DNA of 45,709 nucleotides from Candidatus Wallbacteria bacterium (GCA_016213845.1 JACQZN010000062.1:1-45709); one strand, 5' to 3'; counted from the first letter of the stretch, positions 8,553 through 18,521 are shown. Made by a program: numbers and translations. The notes: generated from the letters alone by a model not told the origin.

Positions 8553-11363
8553 ATGACGCACCGACAGAGCGCCCGGATCGCGCCAACGCTGATCGTCCTC
8601 ATCGGACTGTTTTCCGCTCTGACGGCGCACGCCTGGGACCGGGGCGTGAAGGCTCGGGGCGCGCTTCGGGCGGCGGACCGGCTATTCAACAAGCGCGCCT
8701 ATAGGGAGGCGCTGGAGCGCTACCGGAGGGCGGCCCAGCAGGCGGAAACTTCGGACGGCGAGGAGCTCTCGAGGGTCCAGACGCAGCTGGGGGAGTGTGC
8801 CGAGAAAGCGGGCCTCTACCGCGAGGCTCTGGAGGCCTGGAGCCGGGCGCTCGGAACCCAGCTCGCGCGCGATGACCGAACCGGCATGGCAGAGACCCTG
8901 CGCCGCATGGGCGAGGCTCATGCGTTCCTCGGCGAGTATGAGAAGGGGCTGCGGTGTCTGGCGCTCGGGCGCGAGCTGCCGGGCGAGTCGGAGGATGTGG
9001 GCCGGAAAGCGCGCGCGCTGAAGAGCCTGGCGGTCGTGCGGGGGGCCCTGGGTGATTTCCCCGCCCAAGGGAAGGCGGCCCAGGAGGCCCTGGAGTTGTT
9101 TCGCAAGGCGGACGACGCCGATGGCGAGGCCGGCTGCTGGGTGCAGCTCGCGGCGGTGAGCCAGGCGGGCGGCAAGTTCGACGAGGCGCTGCGGGCCATC
9201 GCCGGCGCCCAGACGGCTGCGAAGCGTTCGCCCAATCCCGACCTGGCTCCGATCTACTTGACGAAGGCCGGGATTCACCGCGCCTGGGGCGACATGCGCC
9301 AGGCACTCGCGACCGATCAGGAAGCGCTCGAGGCCGCGCGCAAGGGAGGGGTTGTCGAGGCCGCGGCGGTGGCTCAGGCGAACCTGGGGCTGGACGCCAT
9401 GGCGTTCGGAGAGTACGGGCGAGCCCGAGAGGCGCTAGAGGCCGCCCGCAAGACGTTCCGCGAGTGCGGCGCGGCGGACGATGTCGCGCGCATGTGTCTG
9501 GAGCTCGGGCGGCTGCACTACTTCCAGAAGGGCATGACGCTAGCGCAGGCGGAGCTGGAAGAGGCCCGGCGTCTCTTCGAGGCCTCTGCGCAGCCCGTGG
9601 CCGTGGCGGTCGTACGAGCAGCTACGGGGCGGGTGCACGAGGCGCAGGGCCGGTTCGTGGAGGCACTGACGGAGCACGAGCACGCGCTGGCGGCTTTCCG
9701 CGCCGCGGGCGAGCGGTCCGGCGTCGCTGCCGAAGCGGTGGAGCGGGGGATGGTGCTGGCCGCGATGGGGCGCGGGGCGGAGGCGCTGGCGGCGCTCTCC
9801 TCTGCCGATGCGGCCGGGGGCGAGGCCGATGTCGGTTGGCGAAGGTGGCAAGGCAAGGCGCGAGTGGCCGCCCTTCACGGCGACTCGAACGCGGCCGCGG
9901 CACACTACCGCAAGGCCGCTGACGAGATCGAGAAACTCCTGGTGAATGCGCGTGTACCCCAGTTCCGTTCGTCGTTCCTGGGGGGCGGCGATCGGCTGGC
10001 CCTCTACGACGAGGCGATCGAGCTGGCCGTGCAGAGCGGTCGCGCGGGCGAGGCACTGGAGCTGGCAGAGCGCTCAAGGGCACGCGCGTTCCTGGACCTG
10101 CTCGGGGCGGGAAGCGTGAACGTCCGGCAGGGGGCCGGGGCGACGCTGCTTGCGCGCGAGAAGGAGCTCAAGGAGCACATCCTGGCGCTCTCCCGCCGGG
10201 TCGCCCGAACGCCGGAGGCTCCGCCCGCCGGGCAACTGCGGGGCCTGGTCGCCGAGCCGGCCGAATCCGAGCTGCTGGCGGCTCGAGCGGAGCACCACGC
10301 GTTACTGGAACGTATCGCCACGGAGAGCCCGGCGCTGGCGGGGCTGGTCGCAGCCCAGCCGGCGAGCGCCGAGCGGCTGCGGTCGGCTCTTGCCGCCGAC
10401 GAGCAGGCGCTGGTGTACCACATCGGAGACTCCGCGGCGCGCCTCTTCCTGGTCGAGCGCCGGGGCGTCACGGTGGCGAAGCTCTCGGCTACCCCGAAGG
10501 AGCTGCGGTCGCTGGCGGCCGTCTTCCGCATTCAGCTCGAGCAGCGCATCCCGAGCGAGGCGATGGCGCGGCGGCTCTACGGGTTGCTCATCGCTCCCGT
10601 CGAGGGGCGGCTCCGACCGGGCTGTCTGGTGCTTGCGCCCCACGACATGCTCCACTATGTGCCGTTCGCGGCCTTGATAGGACCCGGCGGCAGGCCCCTG
10701 GGTTTCGAGCGCGAGCTGCGCATGGTTCCCAGTCTCACGGCCTCGGCTTTCACCCCGGCTCGGCCGGCAGTCGCGGCCCCGATGGCGCTGGTCGCGGGTG
10801 CGCCGGCGTCGGGAGCGCCCGAGCTTCCCAAAGCGACTGAAGAGGTCCGGCGGGTCGCGTCGCTCTACCCGGGCGCGACAGTGCTGACCGGTGAGGCCGC
10901 CACCGAAGAGGCTGTGAGGCGCCACATGGAGACGGCCGGAGTCATCCATCTGGCCTGTCATGGAGTCCTGGAGGGCGAGCTCCCGCTCTACAGCGGCCTG
11001 CTGCTGACACCGGGCGGCGGCGAGGACGGGCGGCTCGAGTTGCACGAAATCTTCGGCCTGCGGTTGAGCGCTAGGCTGGCGGTCCTCAGCGCCTGCCAGA
11101 CGGCGCTCGGGTCGCTCTCGCGAGGCGACGAGCTGGTCTGCCTCTCGCGGTCCTTCCTGCAGTCGGGGTGCCAGGGCGTCCTCGCCTCTCTGTGGAGCGT
11201 GCCCGACGAGTCGACAGCGCAGCTGATGACCGAGCTGCACCGCCGGATCGCCGCGGGCGATCGCCCCTCGACTGCCTTGCGTGTGTCAGCGCAGAAGCTG
11301 GCCGCTGACCCGAAGTTCGCCGAGCCGTACTTCTGGGCCGCCTTCGCTCTGTTCGGCCGCTAG
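8553..11363 (+). CDS. Secreted TPR-repeat protein with a C-terminal CHAT (caspase-like) peptidase domain
   Basis: N-terminal signal peptide MTHRQSARIAPTLIVLIGLFSALTAHA and a long TPR-like helical region. The C-terminal CHAT domain has the catalytic dyad context VIHLACHG (His at 10959) and LAVLSACQTA (Cys at 11094). The start is 4 nt after the OMP stop. Confidence 0.85.
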   Translation: MTHRQSARIAPTLIVLIGLFSALTAHAWDRGVKARGALRAADRLFNKRAYREALERYRRAAQQAETSDGEELSRVQTQLGECAEKAGLYREALEAWSRALGTQLARDDRTGMAETLRRMGEAHAFLGEYEKGLRCLALGRELPGESEDVGRKARALKSLAVVRGALGDFPAQGKAAQEALELFRKADDADGEAGCWVQLAAVSQAGGKFDEALRAIAGAQTAAKRSPNPDLAPIYLTKAGIHRAWGDMRQALATDQEALEAARKGGVVEAAAVAQANLGLDAMAFGEYGRAREALEAARKTFRECGAADDVARMCLELGRLHYFQKGMTLAQAELEEARRLFEASAQPVAVAVVRAATGRVHEAQGRFVEALTEHEHALAAFRAAGERSGVAAEAVERGMVLAAMGRGAEALAALSSADAAGGEADVGWRRWQGKARVAALHGDSNAAAAHYRKAADEIEKLLVNARVPQFRSSFLGGGDRLALYDEAIELAVQSGRAGEALELAERSRARAFLDLLGAGSVNVRQGAGATLLAREKELKEHILALSRRVARTPEAPPAGQLRGLVAEPAESELLAARAEHHALLERIATESPALAGLVAAQPASAERLRSALAADEQALVYHIGDSAARLFLVERRGVTVAKLSATPKELRSLAAVFRIQLEQRIPSEAMARRLYGLLIAPVEGRLRPGCLVLAPHDMLHYVPFAALIGPGGRPLGFERELRMVPSLTASAFTPARPAVAAPMALVAGAPASGAPELPKATEEVRRVASLYPGATVLTGEAATEEAVRRHMETAGVIHLACHGVLEGELPLYSGLLLTPGGGEDGRLELHEIFGLRLSARLAVLSACQTALGSLSRGDELVCLSRSFLQSGCQGVLASLWSVPDESTAQLMTELHRRIAAGDRPSTALRVSAQKLAADPKFAEPYFWAAFALFGR

Positions 11364-11397
11364 CCTTCACGCTGGCGCGCACCGGTGGGGCGGGGTT

Positions 11398-13773
11398 ATG
11401 ACTCCTGGCATGGAGGAGGCCAGAGAGTCGGTTCGGACACCGACGCGCTCGTGGAGATCGACCGCCGCGATCGCCGTCGCGGCGTGCGTCGCGGCCCTGG
11501 CTGCGGATTCCCTCGTGCCAGAGCTGCACCTGTGGTTCGGCGACCTCGGCGTGAAGGCCCGCGAACGCCGGCCGCTCGATCCGCGCGTCGTGCTGGTAGA
11601 CCTGGAGTCCTGGCCCAGGCCCAGGGGAGTCCTGGCTGCGGCCCTGCGGACCATCGCCGCGATGAAGCCCCGCGTCATCGCGCTGGACGTCTTGCTCGAC
11701 GTCACCCGCGACGATCCCCGGCAAGATCGCGAGCTGGCAGACGCCATCGCCTTGTGCGGCCGGGTCGTGTTGCCGACTGCCGTGGAGCAGCCGGGCGCCG
11801 CGGGGACGCCGACGCCGCCAGAACCTGCACGGGCGAGCGCGCCGGCCCCGACCCCGCTGGTTTCGATGTTCGCCAGCGCGGCCCGTGCGACAGGGTTTGC
11901 CAACTTCGAAGTCGATCTGGACGGAGTCGTGCGCCGGTTGCCCCTCACGTACTGGCCGGCGGGAAGCTCTCCCGAGGGCGGTCTCCCGGCCTTCGCCGTA
12001 TCCGCAGTCTGCGCGTACGCCGCACAGACCGCCGGCAGCCAGTTCGCCTGGCCCCGCGAAGACAGCTGGCAGATCGACTGGTGTGAGACCGCACGAGAGC
12101 GGCTGCCCGTCGCCTCGATGAGCCGCTTGCTGGCCGACCCCGAGTATCGCCGGGCAATGGAGGAGCTGGGGTTCTTCCGGGACCGGATCGTGCTCATCGG
12201 GTACCTGGGCATCCGCTACGTCGGCGACGGTTTTCTGACGCCGCTCTCGACAACGGCCATGGACCGCACACCGGGCGCCGTCGTGCACGCCAACGTCCTG
12301 TCCAATCTGCTGACCGGCAATCGGCTAGTCGAGGCCGGGCCCGTGCACGTCGGGGCGCTGGCGCTCCTGGCAGCGCTGGCGGGCGCGTTGATGGGCCGAG
12401 TGCGCGTGAGCGCGCGGATGGTGCTCTTTCAGCTGCTGCTCCTGGGCGGCGTTCTGGGACTGGGCGTGCTCTCGACGGCCCAGCGCGGCGTTCTGCTGGA
12501 CGTGCTGCCAGTGACGGCGAGCGCAGCGCTGGCGCTGGGGATGGCCAGCCTGCTCTCGGCTCAGGCGCTCATGCGGCTCACCCTGGTGCGGCGCGTCATG
12601 GCGCTCTTCGGACTGGCGCCGAGCGCGGATGTGGCGGTTCTGAACGTGGCATCCGACGGCCCCTCCGAGGGCGGCTTCATCCGGTACTCCATCCAGCTGC
12701 GTGAGGGCGTCGGTCTGGGCGCCCCGGTTACGCTGTTCAGAACGGCCGTGTCTGCCGACAGCCACCGCAGGCTGCTCCACCGGCTCGACGAGCTGCTCTC
12801 CCCGGTCAGCCCCACGGCGCCAGAGGAGGAGCTGATCGATCTCGGACTCGAGATCCGCAGCGAGCTGCTTGGCCGGGGCGTCGAGCGAGCGCTGGCGGAC
12901 CTGACCGTGCAGAACGTCCACCTGGAGCTGGGCCTGGCGGACCTGGGCATCCCCTGGGAGCTGGCGAACATCGCAGGGCGACCGCTGCTGGAGCGGTTCG
13001 GGGTGAGCCGCAGCGTTGTGACGGAGCGCGACGGCGCCGATTGGCCCGCGACACCGAAGGGCCGGCACGCACGTGAAGACCGCGAGGAGGGTTTCCTGGC
13101 GCTGATCGTCGCCAATCCTCGACCGCTCGGGCCGGAGTGGGACGCATTACCCGGGGCCCAGGACGAGGCGGTGGCGCTGGCGGAGTCACTGGCGCCGCTT
13201 TCGAGCGAGCCGTCCGGTCTGCGGGTGGAGCTCCTGATGGGCGAGGAAGCGACCCGTGCCGCGGTGGTCGAGCGCCTGCGGTCGCGGACGGTGGATGTCC
13301 TTCACTTCAGCGGCCACGCAACCTTCGATCCGCAGGCTGGCGACTCCACCGGATTCCTGTTCCCCGAGGGGACTCTGGGGGCACCGGCGCTGGCGGAGCT
13401 GGCCCGGGAGGGCTCTCTTCCGCCGGTAGTCTTCGCCAATGCCTGCCACACGGCCCGCGGCTACGAGCACGCGGCGGGCGGCGACGTGTCGCTCCTGACG
13501 TCGCGGCTGTCGTTGCCGGCAATCTTCACGGCGGCAGGCGCGCGCTTGTTCGTGGGATGTCTCTGGAGGGTAGAGACGCAGGCCGCCGCGCGATTCTCGC
13601 TCGAGTTCTACGGCGGGCTGATGGCCGGGGCAACCGCTGGGGAAGCGATGCAGCGCGCGCGCCGGGCGGCTGCGAACTACTGGATGACGCACGCAGCCTA
13701 TATAATGTATGGCGATCCCAGGTTGAGGTTGCTGGCGGGCGCGCTGGGTGCTCGCGAAAGGGGGACACGGTGA
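11398..13773 (+). CDS. CHASE2 extracytoplasmic sensor domain, 3-4 TM segments, and a C-terminal cytoplasmic CHAT peptidase domain
   Basis: CHASE2-like N-terminus after TM1 (VVLVDLES...KPRVIALDVLLD...DRIVLIGY), followed by a hydrophobic block (GALALLAALAGALMG / MVLFQLLLLGGVLGLGVL / VLPVTASAALALGMASLL). The C-terminal CHAT has VLHFSGHA (His 13315) and VVFANACHTA (Cys 13444). ATG 11398 is residue 40 of the track ORF. Confidence 0.85.
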   Translation: MTPGMEEARESVRTPTRSWRSTAAIAVAACVAALAADSLVPELHLWFGDLGVKARERRPLDPRVVLVDLESWPRPRGVLAAALRTIAAMKPRVIALDVLLDVTRDDPRQDRELADAIALCGRVVLPTAVEQPGAAGTPTPPEPARASAPAPTPLVSMFASAARATGFANFEVDLDGVVRRLPLTYWPAGSSPEGGLPAFAVSAVCAYAAQTAGSQFAWPREDSWQIDWCETARERLPVASMSRLLADPEYRRAMEELGFFRDRIVLIGYLGIRYVGDGFLTPLSTTAMDRTPGAVVHANVLSNLLTGNRLVEAGPVHVGALALLAALAGALMGRVRVSARMVLFQLLLLGGVLGLGVLSTAQRGVLLDVLPVTASAALALGMASLLSAQALMRLTLVRRVMALFGLAPSADVAVLNVASDGPSEGGFIRYSIQLREGVGLGAPVTLFRTAVSADSHRRLLHRLDELLSPVSPTAPEEELIDLGLEIRSELLGRGVERALADLTVQNVHLELGLADLGIPWELANIAGRPLLERFGVSRSVVTERDGADWPATPKGRHAREDREEGFLALIVANPRPLGPEWDALPGAQDEAVALAESLAPLSSEPSGLRVELLMGEEATRAAVVERLRSRTVDVLHFSGHATFDPQAGDSTGFLFPEGTLGAPALAELAREGSLPPVVFANACHTARGYEHAAGGDVSLLTSRLSLPAIFTAAGARLFVGCLWRVETQAAARFSLEFYGGLMAGATAGEAMQRARRAAANYWMTHAAYIMYGDPRLRLLAGALGARERGTR

Positions 13774-14669
13774 GAGTCCTGACGCTGGTTCTGCTTCTAG
13801 GGTGGTTGCATTTCGACGCGGCGGTTGCGGCTGGCCGTCCGGCAGTGGCCGTGCTCATGAGCGCCTCGGGGCGCTGCGAGGTGGCCCCGGTCGGAGCGGG
13901 CAACTTCGAGGCCGCGCGGGTCGGCATGACGCTCACGGCGGGAGACGTGGTGGCCGTGCGCGAGGGAAGCGCGACGCTGCTGCGGGCCGATGGGCGGGTC
14001 GAGACCGTAGAGGCCGGCAAGAGCGTGCGGCTGGAGCCTCGAGTGGGCGGCGACGCGCCGTCGGGGGCGCTGGGACGGCTCTGGCAGGCGCTACTCAACC
14101 GTGCAACCACCGTGATGTCGGGAACTCGCATCTTGAGCGAGGCCGGCGCCGTGCGCGGGCTGCCTGCAGGACGGATCGATCTGTTGAGCCCGCGCAACAC
14201 CGCACTGCTGGCGCCGCCCGCGCGCGTGGCGTGGGAGCCGCATCCGGCCGTCGGGACCTACCGCGTCCGGATCTCCGACGGCAACGGGAGCGTGGTCTGG
14301 TCCGCGTACACGAGCGGGACGCAAGCTGCCGTTTCGGCGTCGCCGGGTCTGTTCGAAGCGGGCGCGTGGTACTTCGTGCGCGTCACTGACGGCCGCCGCG
14401 GGGGCGTGGCGAGCGACGAGGCATACTTCCGCGTGATGACGGACACCGAGAAGCGCCAGGCTCTCTCCGATGTCGAGACCGTCAAGGGCGCGTTTTCCCG
14501 CGCCGTGGGCGGGGAGGCCGTGGCGCTGGCCGTGGGCGGGATCTTCGAGCATCATGAGCTCCTCGACGACGCCCTGGCGACCTACCGGGGGGCCGGGGCC
14601 GGCGCCGATCTGGCGCGCGCGATCGACTTCGTGCACCTGAAGAACGGCCGGCGGTGGGCGATGCGCTGA
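13770..14669 (+). CDS. Secreted FecR-domain protein
   Basis: The GTG start at 13770 overlaps the CHASE2-CHAT stop (GTGA) and has AAAGGGGGA 6 nt upstream. Signal peptide VRVLTLVLLLGWLHFDAAVAAG, then the FecR-like core ARVGMTLTAGDVVAVREGSATLLRADGRVETVEAGKSVRL. FecR-domain proteins are a known genomic partner of CHASE2 proteins. Confidence 0.65.
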   Translation: MRVLTLVLLLGWLHFDAAVAAGRPAVAVLMSASGRCEVAPVGAGNFEAARVGMTLTAGDVVAVREGSATLLRADGRVETVEAGKSVRLEPRVGGDAPSGALGRLWQALLNRATTVMSGTRILSEAGAVRGLPAGRIDLLSPRNTALLAPPARVAWEPHPAVGTYRVRISDGNGSVVWSAYTSGTQAAVSASPGLFEAGAWYFVRVTDGRRGGVASDEAYFRVMTDTEKRQALSDVETVKGAFSRAVGGEAVALAVGGIFEHHELLDDALATYRGAGAGADLARAIDFVHLKNGRRWAMR

Positions 14670-14699
14670 GGGAGCCCCGGCGGGCGGCTTGTGCCCGGG

Positions 14700-14721
14700 A
14701 TCAGGATACTCAGTTCCTGAT
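14700..14721. promoter_or_regulatory. Inverted repeat ATCAGGA-N8-TCCTGAT, with a second small hairpin GCGAAA-ATCAG-TTTCGC at about 14751..14767, in the 130-nt gap upstream of the efflux operon
   Basis: Seen directly. This is the only relatively AT-richer stretch between the FecR stop and the TolC ATG. It is a candidate operator or promoter element. Confidence 0.3.
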
Positions 14722-14799
14722 TTGGTTCCGAATCGGCCGCGCGCGGTCCGGCGAAAATCAGTTTCGCGTCCCGCCGGTACGCGGTATCCTGTGCGCGCG

Positions 14800-16392
14800 A
14801 TGAAGGTCCAGATTTGTTTGATCCTGGTGGCCTCGCTGGCCGCTCCGACTTCGGGGGGGGAGCCGCTGCCCGTGACGGCCACCGCGCCTCTGGCGCCGAC
14901 GGCGGTCGAGAGCGTGGCGCTCGACACACTGGTGGCCCGCGCGATCGAGCCGGCCACGTCTCCTGCGGTCAAGCTCACGCTGCCCGAGGCGCTGGCCCGG
15001 GCGCTCGAGAACAACCGGACGCTGGCCGTCAGGCGGCTGGACCCCGCCATCGCCCGCGCCCGGCTGATGCAGGAGGAAGGAGCCTTCGACGACGCGCTCA
15101 CCCTCCAGGTCCAGCGCCAGCACGCGAAGAATCCGACAGCAAGTTCACTGGCCGGAGCCAACGTGTCCGAATCCGACACCCGCACCGGCAACCTGGGCTT
15201 TCGCACCCGCCTCCGGGACGGAAGCGCCCTCACCTTCAATGCCAACAACCAGAGAAACGAGTCCAACTCGCGCTTCCAGACTCTCAATCCCAGCTTCGTG
15301 TCGAACCTATCCGTGAGCCTCACGAAGCCGCTGCTCAGAGACTCGGGTGACGCGGCGACGGCGGGCGTCTCGGTGGCCGCCAACGCCGTCGAGCAAGCCA
15401 GGCTGCGCCTGCGCAAGCAGCTCATCGACACGTTGGCCGCCGTGGAGCGGCAGTACTGGGATCTCGTCTTCGCCCGCCAGGACCGGGAAGTGAAACGGTT
15501 CAGCCTGGAGGCCGCCAAGTCGCTCTTGGACCTGAACCTGGCGCGCCGGCAGTCCGGCCTGGGCAGCGACGTGCAGGTCGTCGAGGCTGAAACCACGCGC
15601 GCCACGCGGACCGACGATCTCGAGGTGACCGGCCGGATCGTGGCCGACGCCCAGGAGATCCTGCGCCGCCAGCTCTCGCTCGCCGACGTTCCGCCCGGCG
15701 CCGAGCTGGTGCCCGTGCAGGTGCCGGCTCAGCTTCCCTCGGAGGCTCCGCTCGACGCGTCGCTCGTTGACGCGTTCCAGCGCAGGCCCGACCGCCTCGA
15801 CGCCGTCGTGGAGCTCGCGAATCGAGATATCCGGCTCGAGTTCCTCCGAAACCAGAAGTTGCCGCGCGTCGATCTCGTGGCCAGCTATGCCCAGAACGGG
15901 CTGGCCGGGGGATTCGGTAGCGCCCTCGACACGGCGGCGGGAGGCGATTTTCCCGGCTACACCGTCGGCCTGCAAGTGGAGATTCCGCTCGAGGGACGGT
16001 CCGCCCGAGGAAACTACCAGGCGGGTGTCCTCGAGAAGAAGCAGGCGCTGTTGAACCTCAAGGCGATCGAGGACCAGATCCAGGAGGAGGTCACGCGGGC
16101 AGTCCGCACGCTCGGCACGGACTTGAGACGGGTGGAGGTCTCGCGGCGAGGCGCGGAGCTGGCCCAGCGCCAGCTGGCGGCCGCCGAGGAACGATACCGC
16201 CAGGGGCTGATCGCCAACTTCGACCTGCTCCGCTTCCAGCAGGATCTGGCCGATGCCCGCTCCCGGGCCTTGCGCTCTGTGGTCGACGCCAAGAAGAGCG
16301 CGGTGGCTCTCGACGCGGCCACGGGGCGGTTGCTGGAAGCTCGCGGCGTGCTGGTGGAGGAGCCTTCGGAGTCGAAGGCTCCGGCGAGGTGA
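14800..16392 (+). CDS. TolC-family outer membrane efflux channel
   Basis: Signal peptide MKVQICLILVASLAAPTSG. Two repeated outer-membrane-efflux-protein halves with long coiled-coil segments (RLDPAIARARLMQEEGAFDD...; ...RYRQGLIANFDLLRFQQDLADARSRAL). Confidence 0.85.
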   Translation: MKVQICLILVASLAAPTSGGEPLPVTATAPLAPTAVESVALDTLVARAIEPATSPAVKLTLPEALARALENNRTLAVRRLDPAIARARLMQEEGAFDDALTLQVQRQHAKNPTASSLAGANVSESDTRTGNLGFRTRLRDGSALTFNANNQRNESNSRFQTLNPSFVSNLSVSLTKPLLRDSGDAATAGVSVAANAVEQARLRLRKQLIDTLAAVERQYWDLVFARQDREVKRFSLEAAKSLLDLNLARRQSGLGSDVQVVEAETTRATRTDDLEVTGRIVADAQEILRRQLSLADVPPGAELVPVQVPAQLPSEAPLDASLVDAFQRRPDRLDAVVELANRDIRLEFLRNQKLPRVDLVASYAQNGLAGGFGSALDTAAGGDFPGYTVGLQVEIPLEGRSARGNYQAGVLEKKQALLNLKAIEDQIQEEVTRAVRTLGTDLRRVEVSRRGAELAQRQLAAAEERYRQGLIANFDLLRFQQDLADARSRALRSVVDAKKSAVALDAATGRLLEARGVLVEEPSESKAPAR

Positions 16393-16393
16393 T

Positions 16394-17758
16394 ATGAGCC
16401 GGGGGAAGCTCATCGCTGCGCTGGTCGCCGTCCTTCTCACCGGCTGGCTGGGATACTCCAAGTTCGTCAAGAAGAGCGAGCAGAAGGTCGTCTACCGCAC
16501 GGCAAAGGTGGAGCGGGGCGACCTCGTCGCGACCGTGTCCGCGACCGGCACGCTCAACGCCGTCACCACCGTGCAGGTCGGCAGCCAGCTCTCCGGCATC
16601 ATCATGCGGCTTCACGCCGACTTCAACAGCCAGGTGAAGAGCGGCCAGCTCCTGGCCGAGCTGGACCCGGCGACCTTCGCGGCCTCGGTGGCGCAGGGGA
16701 AGGCAGATGTCGACGCTGCCCAGACGGCGATCCAGGCGGCCACCACTGATCTGAAGATCCTGGACGCCGAGGTCGGCGCGGCCCGGGCCGGGATCGCCAC
16801 GGCGCGGGCCAACCTGGCCAAGGCCGAAGTGGCGCTGGTGGACCGGGAACTGATCCTCAAGCGCACACGCGCACTGCGCTCCAAGGCCTTCGCGGCAGAG
16901 CAGGACCTCGACACCGCGCAGGCCAACCGCAACACGGCGGCCGCAGAGGTCGAGGCCGCCAAGGCGGGACTGGAGAACGCGAAGGCCAAGCTCGAGACCG
17001 CCCAGGCGCAACGCATCAACGGCGACAGCAAGGTGGCCTCCTCCCGGGCGCAGCTGGCGCAGAAGCAGGCGTCGCTGGAGCTGGCGCGCGTCAACCTGGG
17101 GCGCACGCGCATCCTCTCGCCGATCGACGGCGTGGTGGTTAGCCGCAATGTGGACGTCGGTCAGACGGTCGCCGCGAGCCTGCAGGCGCCTGTCCTCTTC
17201 ACGATCGCCAACGACCTGAGACGCATGCAGATCGACGCCAACGTCGACGAGGCCGACATCGGCCGCGTGAAACTCGGGCAAACCGTCGAGTTCACGGTCG
17301 ACGCCTACCCGGACGATCGCTTCGACGGAAAGGTCGTCCAGATGCGCCTGCAGCCTATCGTGAGCCAGAACGTCGTCACCTACGACACGGTCATCGAGGT
17401 GGCCAACGAGGCGATGCTCCTGCGGCCCGGAATGACGGCCAGCGTCCGCATCCAGATCGCCAGCGTCAAGGGCGCGCTCAAGGTGGCCAGCGGCGCGTTC
17501 GGCTACCGCCCGGCGCCGCCACCGGGCAAGCCGCCGGCGGCGCCTGCGCCCCTGGCGAAGGGAAAGCGGCGGTTGCACGTTCCTCGGGACGGAAAAGCCG
17601 AGCCCCTGGAAGTGGCGATTGGAATCGCCGACGGCACCTCTACCGAGCTGCTGGACAAGCAGCTCTCCGAGGGGGACGCGGTCATCGTCGGAGACGACGG
17701 CGAGAGCGAGGCCGGCCCGTCGGGCCCGACGAATCCGTTTGCTCCGCGCCGGAGGTGA
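16394..17758 (+). CDS. HlyD/MacA-type periplasmic membrane-fusion adaptor
   Basis: N-terminal TM anchor (LIAALVAVLLTGWLGY), biotinyl-lipoyl-like hairpin (GDLVATVSATGTLNAVTTVQVGSQLSGII...SGQLLAELD), long alpha-helical hairpin, and RILSPIDGVVVSRNVDVGQTV. The ATG is 1 nt after the TolC stop with GAGGTG upstream. Confidence 0.85.
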   Translation: MSRGKLIAALVAVLLTGWLGYSKFVKKSEQKVVYRTAKVERGDLVATVSATGTLNAVTTVQVGSQLSGIIMRLHADFNSQVKSGQLLAELDPATFAASVAQGKADVDAAQTAIQAATTDLKILDAEVGAARAGIATARANLAKAEVALVDRELILKRTRALRSKAFAAEQDLDTAQANRNTAAAEVEAAKAGLENAKAKLETAQAQRINGDSKVASSRAQLAQKQASLELARVNLGRTRILSPIDGVVVSRNVDVGQTVAASLQAPVLFTIANDLRRMQIDANVDEADIGRVKLGQTVEFTVDAYPDDRFDGKVVQMRLQPIVSQNVVTYDTVIEVANEAMLLRPGMTASVRIQIASVKGALKVASGAFGYRPAPPPGKPPAAPAPLAKGKRRLHVPRDGKAEPLEVAIGIADGTSTELLDKQLSEGDAVIVGDDGESEAGPSGPTNPFAPRRR

Positions 17759-17764
17759 GGCGGC

Positions 17765-18511
17765 GTGACGAACGACGTCGTTCGGGTGGAGGAGCTGCGC
17801 AAGGTTTACGACCTGGGCGAAGTGCAGGTCGAGGCGCTCTGCGGCGTGACGCTCTCCATCCGGCGCGGCGAGTTCGTGGCGGTGATGGGCGCCTCGGGAT
17901 CCGGCAAGTCGACCTTCATGAACATCCTGGGTTGTCTCGACCGCCCGACCAGCGGCCGGTACTTGCTCGAGGCCAAGGACGTGTCGACGATGGCGCGCGA
18001 CGAGCTGGCCAGCATCCGCAACACGCGTATCGGTTTCGTCTTCCAGGGCTTCAACTTGCTCCACCGGATGAGCGCGGTGCAGAACGTGGAGCTGCCGATG
18101 CTCTACGGCGACGTACCGAAGACCGAGCGACGCAAACGAGCCGTCGAGTCGTTGACGGCCGTGGGGTTGGGCGAGCGCCAGGGCCATCACCCCAACCAGC
18201 TCTCCGGCGGCCAGCAGCAGCGCGTGGCGATCGCGCGGGCGCTGGTCAATCGCCCTGCCATCTTGTTGGCCGACGAGCCGACCGGCAACCTCGACAGCCG
18301 CACCTCGGTAGAGATTCTGGAGCTCTTCCAGCGGCTCCATCGCGACGGCGCCACCATCGTGATGGTGACGCACGAGCCCGACATCGCCGAGTACTGCAGC
18401 CGCCAGATCCACTTCAGGGACGGCGAGCTCGTCGACGATCGGTCGAACCCCCGCGTGCGCGACGCCGCGGCCGATCTGGCGGCGATGCCGCCGCCGCACC
18501 GGCGAGCCTGA
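17765..18511 (+). CDS. MacB/LolD-type ABC transporter ATP-binding protein
   Basis: Walker A GASGSGKST, Q-loop, signature LSGGQQQRVAIARAL, Walker B ILLADEPTGNLD and H-loop VTHE. GTG start with GGAGGTGAGG upstream. Confidence 0.9.
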   Translation: MTNDVVRVEELRKVYDLGEVQVEALCGVTLSIRRGEFVAVMGASGSGKSTFMNILGCLDRPTSGRYLLEAKDVSTMARDELASIRNTRIGFVFQGFNLLHRMSAVQNVELPMLYGDVPKTERRKRAVESLTAVGLGERQGHHPNQLSGGQQQRVAIARALVNRPAILLADEPTGNLDSRTSVEILELFQRLHRDGATIVMVTHEPDIAEYCSRQIHFRDGELVDDRSNPRVRDAAADLAAMPPPHRRA

Positions 18512-18521
18512 GGCCCCGCAG

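Noticed and set aside
7523-8692. 389-aa minus-strand ORF over OMP-2 and the TPR-CHAT start
   Set aside because: Arg/Gly/Pro-rich with no features. The + strand genes carry a signal peptide and a C-terminal YRF barrel signature.
10302-12288. Minus-strand ORFs of 312 aa and 400 aa over the CHAT and CHASE2 coding regions
   Set aside because: Shadow frames. The + frame carries the CHAT His/Cys dyad and CHASE2 motifs.
14091-15605. 504-aa minus-strand ORF over the FecR and TolC genes
   Set aside because: It is antisense to two well-supported genes, with Arg/Ser/Ala-rich composition and no domain signal.
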